From Chrysomallon squamiferum (taxonomy: Eukaryota > Animalia > Mollusca), in NCBI GenBank assembly GCA_012295275.1, contig CM022670.1:30566001-30630000 (forward strand): a DNA stretch of 64,000 nt. Reading direction: 5' to 3'. The notes beneath the pieces were generated by a model that made no database searches, was not told the DNA's origin, and saw only the letters and a program-made list of their open reading frames with translations. Position numbers and translations under genes: made by a program. Below, one piece after another: positions 53,454 through 64,000 of this stretch (positions within the stretch are counted from its first letter, which is position 1; each line of letters begins with the position of its first letter).

Positions 53454-55440
53454 GTGTGTGTTCTCTCTTGTTTATTTGTTTGTTCTTGTCTTTTTGGTGA
53501 CGGGTTCGATCTTAGACTGTTGGTAAACGAATAAAATTTCTTCCTTGACATTAGTGTTTTATTTTTAGATTCTTGAATTCACATACGCAGTGAATAAAAT
53601 ATTACTATTACTACTAGAAGAAGAAGAGGAGGAAGAAAAAGAAGAAGAAAGAATAATTAAATAAAAAAATATTTCAAGGGGAAAAAAGCTTTTTATTCAG
53701 TTTTCTGTTCAATGAATGTTCCTTTAGACTTCCTTTGATGTCCTGGAGGAAGAACACAATTTACTTCTGAACTAAATTGTTTCAGGAAATGTAACGAATA
53801 AATCCATATAATAAATTTGACATATCTGAATTTAATTATACATATGAACTTTTAAAACAGTCAGCACGAAAAAACACACACAATAGACACACACACACAT
53901 ATTGCTTTTCTTTCTGTTTCTTATTATTTCATTTGATAGTAATGACGATGATAATTTTGATGATGACGATCATTGTAATTACACTAATACTGATACTACT
54001 AATAATAAAATTAATAAAGAATAAATATAGAAATAAAACATTTCAAAAGATGTTATCACTATTATAAATCAGTAAAAGAAAAAAATATTCCATTAATATA
54101 GAAAAAGTAACTATTATTTAATTATAAGTGTTAAGATTTAAATTGCTTTTCCCACTTTATTATTTTTCAATTAAGGATTCCAAAGGAAACGTTATAAATT
54201 ATTAGCTTTTTTAAAAACGCTTAACAATTAATATTGTGTAATTCATTAATATTTTGTCCAAAAGATGCTATAAGAGTAAAATAACAAAAATAGCAAAAAT
54301 AGTTAAGTAAATTAATATAATTAATTAACGAGAAAGCAACTATTCTAAACGTCGGATGAATCATCGCATTATTCGTGTTAAAGGCAAATGAATTTATTTT
54401 ACTAGCCCTACCTATCTTTACGCTTGCAACATTATTTGAGTGAATTATATGTTTTATTTAGTTCGTGACATGAACTGTTCATCGTTGTCATAACGTCAAA
54501 TTGAAAACACAAGTTTCCAATAATCTTTAATTGTGATCGTCCTGAATTTGAGTTACTTAGTAATGGTCAATTATAACATTCCGACATTTTGTCTGGATTT
54601 CTCTTTAAACCACAAGCCTTTGGGGATTACACATGTAGTAATATATATCTGAACTCCAGTTTGGACTAAGTATCTAGAGTATTTGGAATTTAATTGTTAA
54701 GAGATAAGTTAATGGAGTCTACATTATAAATGAATTCGTTTGGAAATGTCAGTTGTGTTTTATTAAAACTGGAGATGAAAGGCGTCATCATTAACAAGTA
54801 AATCTTTTCAGAAACATCATATGGTATTTCAGTATTCATCGAAATAACTACAGTACAAATAATAATAATAATAAAGATAATGATAATAATAATAATGATA
54901 CATGTAGTGATTATAATGACACTAATAAATAAATAAATAAAAATAATTATAGATTAACAAACATTCTCTGTGTGTTGTCAGTTTATACGGCTCCCGTCAC
55001 ACAGTCGTTTAGCCGACATTTAGCTTAATAAACAAACATCCGAACTGCAAACATCCATACCACCGTTTGTCATCTCGTTTCTGAAGTAAGAAAACGAAAG
55101 TTGGAGGGAGGTTAACAAATGAGCAGGTAAGCAATAGGAATAGAATTGAAAAACTGAAGAAGACGTCCAGAAATCTGTTATTAAGAAATACGAGGAGTTT
55201 CCCTTCTTGAGAGCTATTGCCCACAGTCTTTAAATATTCATGAACATAACGTATATACTGCTATTTTGTATAAAGCGATCACATTACAGTTAATATGTAT
55301 AGTAGATATGCAATAAAGAATTTTGTGTCGTGCAGTTATTTATTATTTTTAAATCGATTTTATAGTGTGTTTTATAAAGCAATTAAATTGAAAAGAAGAA
55401 ATAAACATGAAGAAAAATAATAAAATAAAATAAAAAGTAC

Positions 55441-55480
<40 letters not shown>

Positions 55481-56089
55481 TAAATAAATAAATAAATAAA
55501 TAAATAAAATAAAACAGAAGAGATAAAAATAGCAAAACAATATTATATGTCTGTCGGCACGATGTCATTTCGGTCAGATGTTCGTCGGTGAAGTGTACAT
55601 AATAATACTAGTAAAATTATAATTAAAAGAAAGAACAATAAATGTACGTATTCATCTTAAGCAGTAACGTGCAATTAATTTACTTCAGTATGTCATTAAA
55701 ACACCCATATTCGGTAGAATATTTTCTCAGATGACGTATTCGGGTTGACCGATTCATTATAGAATTCAGCGAACAAGTATTAAACCATTTACAAAGGAGT
55801 AAGAAAAATATCAGAATTCAAGATTTTTACCTTGCCGTTTCTTTAACATGCTTTCATACAAAATATTAAATATGATAAAAATAAAAAGTTAATTTAAAAC
55901 AATTATTTAATTATAATATGATGGCTTTTAAAGATATATAAACAGAAAGAGAGAGAGAGAGAGAGATAAACTCACGCACACACTAATAACTATTTAGTTT
56001 TTGCGAAATAAAACAAAAAAATAATTTGAGAAACGCTAGATTTTCAGCAGAACAAAGGACTGTGATTCAGCAATGTTTCAAGAAAAGTC

Positions 56090-56300
56090 TTTCTGACTGG
56101 CGATCGCTGTCTGCGCGACGCGCTCCGCTCTTGTAGTGCCATGTGAACTGCGGCGACACGTCAATCGATGCGTCTACAGCCAGCAGCAAACACGAGAGAA
56201 TGCCACATTTCTGCAACCTTGCTAGCTCATGCTCACCGCACTTGTTCTCGCCGTGCAGACACGTGAAAAGGTGACACGGAGAGTTTAAAAAGACGCTGCT
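56090..56300 (+). promoter_or_regulatory. CpG-enriched putative promoter of gene 2
   Basis: Local CpG cluster (GCGATCGCTGTCTGCGCGACGCGCTCCGC...CGGCGACACGTCAATCGATGCG) about 450-660 bp upstream of the ATG. Confidence 0.4.
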
Positions 56301-56751
56301 AATGGATATATTGGAATTACGTTTTTCTGAATAAATGGCGATATTGGATAACGTCTTTTCTGTGTGGTGAATAACACAAAAAAAGTTAAAGGGTAGTGTT
56401 ACGAGATAAGCAGCGTTCTCTCAGTTTAGTCGGCTACGAAAAGAGTAGGACACTGAAAATTTTAATAATCTATTTTTTTATTTATTTTTTTATTATAGAT
56501 ATGCATTTCTGTATCGTCTTGCACTTTCCAGATGTGACTGAAGTAAGGTTTGAAACTAAATGATGATCAGTTAACCTTACTCCAGACGGTTTATTTTCAG
56601 GTTGGATGGTTATATAAGCGGGTGTGCGCATGCTCAGAACTAAAATTTAAGTATTCACGCTTGTCCAGTGTTTAAACTTAAATTTGACCTCAACGCATAC
56701 AAAACACCATTCGTTTATACACTTACAATGAACTAAGACCCAACACCCGAA

Positions 56752-57063
56752 ATGACTGAGGCATCATCATATTTGAGACTGGAAATAATTTCTATACCCG
56801 ACAAGAACATCAGCTACGACAATGACTACAATTACTCTGATTATGTATACAACTACGAAGACAGCCTGACAACGCTACACCTACCCGAGGTAATACCCGT
56901 GGCTAGTGTCTACGGCTTAATGCTTTTTATTGGAATGGTGGGAAATTCCTTAGTGATCTTCTCCATCGTGCGTTATCGGCGTATGAGGAACGTAACCAAC
57001 GCTTTTCTCCTCAGTCTGGCGTCAGCAGACTTGCTTGTTGTCCTCATCTGTATCCCAGTAAAG
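56752..57063 (+). CDS. Paralogous GPCR gene 2 coding exon 1 (N-terminus, TM1, TM2; 104 aa); remainder not seen in window
   Basis: MTEAS...EVIPVASVYGLMLFIGMVGNSLVIFSIVRYRRMRNVTNAFLLSLASADLLVVLICIPVK, then AAG|GTAAGA. Same phase-0 intron position as gene 1, and 42/59 identical residues from EVIP to PVK. Confidence 0.93.
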
Positions 57064-59784
57064 GTAAGACCTTATATTTATAAAAACACATTTTGTTATT
57101 GTTATTGTTTTTGTGTCCAGTCTGCTATAGAAACTAAAATTATTTTTTATTCTGCGACAAACATTAAACACTAATATAACCTGACCAGCCCATCCTCAAC
57201 AATATTTATATTTTGCAGTATAAATGTGCCATTAAATAAAACATTCTTTTATCTCCTTCCGCGTAATGTAGCCTCATTTTAGAGCTTACATAACGTTGCT
57301 CCCTTTCTGAAACTTTTAAGAGTGCGTTACGTGCGATATTGCATGTGCAGTATATTTATTAGCTCTAAAAACAGTTTGATAAAAAAAAGAAGGCTAAAGA
57401 AAAAAGTATGCGTTCGTCTTCCTGCAAACAAAATGGCTTGGTCACACATTTTTACTTTTCATTTTGTTTACACTGACAAAATTAAACTTAAATAATAATA
57501 CTATGTAATATTATGTAAAATAATTAATATGTGTAGTTTTCAGTTTAATCAGAATCTGTATTTTTACTTATTATCCTCTGCAAAAAGAAAAATAATTCAT
57601 TTAATCAATTCAGACACATTATACTAACATACGTTTTGTTTTATGGTTATTATTTTCATATACTGCTGACTTTTATACTAAAACTTGTATTAATAATTTT
57701 AATATTTATTATACTCTAATTGCTTATATGTAGATTGCTCGGCGCATTCTGTGGTCCGGTGGTTAGAGAGTAAGGGCGATGTCTGGGTCGTTGAAATACC
57801 GATATATCAATACTCTCATATGTACTTTCATATTAGCGGATAATGCAGTAAAACATGCCTTGCAACTAAACATCAGTAACCCGACTACTGGCGTGTTTCT
57901 TCTACATGACATTTGGATGATAGTTAATAACCATTAACTGTTTTTCTTTTCGCACAGTCGTATCCACTTTCTATACTAATTATTTCATTTTTCTAAAATA
58001 GAAAAAGAATAATTGGAGGAACCAATAATTTCAAAACAAAATGCAACTTTATTCCATCATTAATATTTAAAAGTAATTTGGCTTTACATACACATTATTA
58101 TATTTAATATATCCTTCAGGCATCATGAATTTTATTGCTTGTGCTCAATGAAATAAAACGATAAAGAAACAGGATATGTGGCAAACAGAAACAAAGTTCT
58201 GACAGTTATCGTCTTCCTTTTTGTTGACAGGCTTACTACAGACAGAATAAAATACTATTATAAATATGCAAGCAACGAGACAGTAATATATTTGTCACTG
58301 AATTTATGTTTTAGTCCTCAACGGTAAAAAAATACTAATTTGCCCGTCTCTCTGAACAATATATGTTTAAAAATTGAAAAGAACACCGATAGTGTGCTGT
58401 GAATACGTTATCAATCTCAGATCAATTTTGGTCATTACGTTTATTGAAACTTCACAAATCAGAGGATTAACGATTTTGCCATTGTTAACAGGCACTTGAT
58501 AACTGTAAGGAATTAATTGGCATTTCATCGTTCAACGGCTAAAGTATGTTTAGTTTAATTTAATAATTCAAACGTAATCCATGAGTGTTTTTGAAGTTTG
58601 TTATAACATTATGAATCATAAGAAATCGATCATGTCTTTCCTTATTTAAATGTCATTAGTTTTAAAAATATATACAATTTTGGGGATAATTGATTGATAG
58701 ATGCAATACTTTATTATCTTTCATTTCACAGATATCACAAAATACTTATATTAGACAAAGTAATGCATAGCAGACGGGCAATTAAATATGTTGTAAATAA
58801 ATGTCCTATGCATTCTTACGAAATTCTCAATGTACATAATTCTTTTCTATTTTCAACAGATACAAATTTATTAATTTAAACATTAATGGTTTCTCCAGTA
58901 ATATTTCTTGATGTATAATGAACATACATTGTTCTACGAAGAAATTTAAAAAAAAAAAGTAATATAATGTTCCATATCATTTTCTTTACACATTTGACAT
59001 TTTCATTGTGTCCTTGCAAGACTTATTAACTTCCTTGTTCATCTTATACACTGGTCAAACATTTTCAAAACAAAATACTATTTTGTGAACATATTCTGAT
59101 AGTGTAACATAAAAGTAAGAATGATGAACAAAAATTAGAGGAGAATAGTAAAAATATATATTTTGGTCACAAAATGCTATAGCAACTATTTTTATTACTT
59201 TTTTACTTCATAAATATTACATTTTCACCATATCTGCAAAGATTCTATCCTGAAAAAGGAAGAAGAAAAGAGAACACTTTGTAAATTATAAAAGCATTTC
59301 AGATTGGTAATTTTTCTCCTAATACTACTATGTTGAATCAGGAATGCGGAGAACTGTTGATAATTAAACGTGTATATAAATTTTCTTCCACAGATATTTC
59401 TTATCAGAATTCTACGAGTATGATCATTCCCGTTTCAAATCAACACGGTTGGGATATGTGTACGATTTCCTCTAAGGAATTGATCAACACTGCTTGGCAG
59501 TCGATATTCTTATTGTTATTATTAAATTTATGTCAGTGTTTGAAGGAGAAATACTGAGGTCCGACCTGTCAAGAAATTTACGATTTATCGTTCAATCCGT
59601 CTATATCCCAGCTGATAGACGGACGGGCTGTGGGTCGGTCATTTCACATCGCGGCTTGCAGTGGATTTCTTTTCTTGTTATATGTCTGGAGACCATAATA
59701 ATAAAATTAGTTATATACGATATCTCATAGCAGTTTATAATAACAGTTACGTGAGTAGTTTAAAAAACAAAATAGAGTAATAAC

Positions 59785-59827
<43 letters not shown>

Positions 59828-60041
59828 TGATGATGATGATTATGATAATAATAATAATAGGGAGAGAAAGAGAGGGAGAAAAAGAACGAGAGAGAGAAAG
59901 AGAAAGAAAGAAAATGTCCTGTGTGTGAATGGAAATATACCCCTTTTTAAAAATATTCTTTCTTTTAAAATTACAAAATAGCAGACAATAATTAATCTAA
60001 ATACAATAAGAAGAGGAAGAAACAAAGGAAAGGAATGATAT

Positions 60042-60072
<31 letters not shown>

Positions 60073-60567
60073 GATAGATTGATATATAGATATATAGAGA
60101 GATAGATAGATAGATATATAGATAGATAGATAGATAGAGAGAGTCTATACCACGATTTACTACTAACCAACATTCTTAAGACAAAATGGAACTTCTCTCC
60201 TATTTATAAAATATAGAAAATAATTACTGATCATCTCGCAGCATCATTGATTAAGTCCTCAACAACATTTTCAAACGCCGATGAATTAATGCACGTAGCA
60301 TATTAAGAAACCTAATCCCTAAAGAATCCAGACATAATAATTCCTTTTAATCTCGTTACAGTCAAACTGTACAATAATCACAAACATTAATAAATAATAA
60401 CAAACATTTCTGTATTTCTTTGGAATGGAATATAGTTCAGTTAATAATACGAAACTGACGTATGACCATATAATCTCCTTAGTACCCATTTAGCACTATC
60501 TTTAAAAGTGTCTTGGTTTGTTTTCCTTTGGTAATATCAATATACATAGATATATAAATACATACTT

Positions 60568-60600
<33 letters not shown>

Positions 60601-60632
60601 TATATATAAATAAAATAAAATAAAACTATATA

Positions 60633-60668
<36 letters not shown>

Positions 60669-63600
60669 TGTATGTATGTATGTATGTATTCCGAAAACTC
60701 TTCTGAAAAATAGACACTAAATTAATTATATAGATACATATCTAGTAATATTTATCAGTACTATTTATCAACTTTATCAGATGCAGATAGGAATACCCTT
60801 CAGGTATATGAGAATATTCGGAATAATATATGTAATCCTTCAAGGAGGGGGATATTATTTATTATTCACTTATTTTTAATTTTCTAAATCTGTCAAAACA
60901 CCTTAAAATTTATAATTGTTGTGATGTCAGAAAAGAAGCATATCTACAAGATTTGGCAATTTTAAAATTTATTTTTATTTATTATTATTATTTTTTTAAT
61001 TTATTAATAATACAAGTAATTTACTGACATAAAAATTAATGAGATTTTTCTAAACACCTACAGAAGTTAAAATTTATCATTGTTTTCATCATCATCATCA
61101 TCATTATTATTATTATTGTTGTTGTTGTTGCTGTTTTTGTTGCTGCCACTGCTATAACTGCTAATTTAGACTACTACTACTATTATTATTAGATAGTAAT
61201 TAAACGGAATGAAATTACATCAATAACTACTTGCTTGCATTACAATAAATCTAAGATAATAAAAAACGTAAGTTTCAAATTTATTTACTGCTTTATATAA
61301 AAAGTGCATTAGTATTAGTGGAAAACACTAATTTACAGCATAAACCGTTACTGTAATAGAGATTCCTTTGCATAACAAACACGATCTGTAAAAGTTTTTG
61401 TCACCAAGACGAGAAATAAAATGAAAATCACCTAATGGATAGTAAAGAATGGTATCGTCTCACAATAACTTGTATATACAAATTCGCCTTCCAGGTCTGG
61501 CTAAATCGTTTGCCATTTTCTTAATCGCATAAATCAGCCTCTATCTTGCCTGAACAAATTTCGTTTAATACTATAGGGGAAAAGCCTCGCTCAGAAGGCA
61601 ATAAAGTGTCTTGGTTCAGCAAATAACAAACGACAGGTAGACGACGTCGTGTCTCCCGCTGCTGAAAAAACCCTAGAAATTATACTTTGATTAGTTCGTT
61701 GTTTGACAGACTGTTTACAAGACAAAATATAACGCTAAAATAATTCATAAGAGAAAGTTCACACTGACCTGTTCACTGTGGAATAATTATTTGCTCTTCA
61801 AGATCGATTAATAAAGAAATAATTATCGCAATAATTGTTTATTGTTTACTGAGATACAATTCAAAAACATAAACATATATTTAGAGAGGGAGAGAGCGAG
61901 AGAGATAGAAACATGAGACAGTTAGAGATAGATCCATTCCAGACACGGCAGTAAAAACGTGGGCAATATTAGTTGTACAATTTTTGTTAAAATGCCCATT
62001 ACAAAAACAAGAATCAGGAAAATATCTTTCAAATCTATCTTCATGATTTAATTACAGTGAAAATCAGTATTAACAATGAAACTGTACACCTAACAAACTA
62101 AATTACATGTAATATTTTATAGTCACAAAATAGAAATCGCCTGGTAGATCCCTAATCGCATACATTGCCAAAATAATGTGATACGGGCGTCTTTGTAATG
62201 ACTATGTTATCTATCACTAGGCTTCGGCTGTATCAGTCTGTGAGCCACATGTTGTCCAATCCATTAATCACGAGTGATTCCTAGATACATTTCTAAGACG
62301 GTACACGCAACTAGATCAAATTGCAACTTTTGAACAAATGACAAAGCAGTCTGACAAGTGATTAGTGTTGAACGAAAGGAATGCCAAACGCAAACAAATA
62401 GTCACTTGTACTACTTGAGAACTAAAGCTAATTGTTACCTTTTTATAACACTCTTGATTACTTAGATAAGATATGATAATCCAGATGGGATCACGGTGAG
62501 ATATTTATGTAGTACTTTGATGAATTTTTATTAATAAAAACGAAGTTATAAATTTGAAACTAAAAAGAAATAATTATTTCTTTAATAAAATTGAAATAAA
62601 ATAAAATAAAATAAAATAAAAAAGTTAAAATTAATTCATAAAAATAAGAAACACAAACATAATAAGATTAAGACGAAGAAGAAGAGAAATAATTAGACTG
62701 TTTTGTTTCCATAATTATCTTACATTTAATCATAGTAAATTGTTGGTTCTGAATACATAATCACAATCTGTAAAGGATTTATTAAAATGTATCTGTACAT
62801 TTAACCGCCGTTCATCCGTCCGCTCATCATTCATCGCTATCTGTCTGTCGCTGTTTGTTAGTCTATCTGTCTATATATCTGTCTGTCTGTTTATCTACCA
62901 ATCTATCTACACACTTATATTGAAAGTTATTTAAATTTTTATGTTCATATTTTTGCTCGGAACTGTTATAAGCCTTTGATGGTTTCACAATATAGCATCA
63001 TTCTTTTAAATTTGTTTATCTTTCGTTTTCTTGTATTTCTGGTTTTGTTTCCTACATTTTCTCTTTTTTTTTCATATTTTTAGTCTTGACATTAGACACG
63101 ACCTCAGGAAATACAATCAGATTCTATTAGTTCTTTCAAAATTAACTTTCAAGCTTTCGTGACTTTTTATAAATAACATTATTCGCGAGATAAATCAATA
63201 ATATATATAACAACAATTTACTGTAATACCATTTTGGGCCACTGCATAGCTTAACGATTTTAAATATCCTTAAATATATTTATATGAAATGATTCAATTG
63301 CCCACTGACCCAGAAAATGGTTCTTCTAGTGACCTGCTATATATGTAAAACAGTTTGAATTCGGGCTTGTAAATCAGCAGCAGGATAATCACTTGAAGTT
63401 ATTCGAGAATAAATAGGACTGGGACTGGAAGACATCCGATTTAGAAACACTGAGGAATCGTTTGAGAATTAACATTGGCGATGCGGTGTTGGCGTGTAAT
63501 GTTCTTTATTGGAAGGTGAGGAGATGGCGCTTAGAAGGAAATTTTTATGTAATTTGTATATCGAGTGCTATTCATGGAAGATTAGTTAGTTACACTTAAA

Positions 63601-64000
63601 GAAACAAATTATGTTGTAGATTAGCCAATGCGTTTTTCATATATGATGTTTCCTTATATGTTACTAGGCTTATTTTATACATTTTTTCTGCGTTTAAATA
63701 TAGTTCAAAATACTTACATTCGTACATGCTTACACTCGTACATCCACGGTTAAAATCTTATAGAAAAGTTGTAAATATGTGTTGCTTAATGCACTTCATA
63801 TTCCTGATATCTGATAAGTAGTGTCAGTTATTTTTATTTAACATCTGCATCGATAAGGCATTCACATTTTAAATCAGGAAGAAAAACAGAGGACTGAATG
63901 ATTTTTTCCCTACATATATAAGATTTTAAAAAAAGAATCGCAAAAAAGGATTCAGATTTTCGATATAATAAAATATAAAAGATAAATGATTAAAAAAGAT

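Noticed and set aside
57741-57800. tRNA A-box-like GTGGTCCGGTGGTTAG
   Set aside because: No B-box or cloverleaf; at most a decayed SINE head, not a tRNA.
57064-64000. Search for gene 2 exon 2 (WxFGxxxCK...ER)
   Set aside because: Not found by eye. Gene 1 intron 1 is 9 kb, so the exon probably lies beyond the window.

Overview
Eukaryotic, strongly AT-rich and microsatellite-dense DNA. A mollusc, probably a gastropod, is inferred from SINE remnants I recall from gastropod genomes; this is unverified. The only convincing protein-coding content is a tandem pair of + strand rhodopsin-class (class A) peptide GPCR genes. Gene 1 has a complete 6-exon CDS (14169-14462, 23476-23597, 25012-25135, 26229-26431, 28736-28874, 29405-29827; 1305 nt, 434 aa), with all GT-AG introns in compatible phases and the TM1-TM7 motifs present. 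Gene 2 is represented only by coding exon 1 (56752-57063), which has the same intron position and 42/59 identical residues over TM1-TM2. The rest is intron or intergenic DNA. It contains a 235-bp internally deleted Tc1/mariner element with perfect 27-bp TIRs, a Tigger4/MER46-like MITE, other decayed MITE and SINE fragments, several degenerate minisatellites and many microsatellites. Nearly all other ORFs in the track are simple-repeat artefacts. I found no evidence of a wholly new system. The best leads are the duplicated orphan-like receptor pair with acidic Tyr-rich N-termini and the Tigger4-like element.
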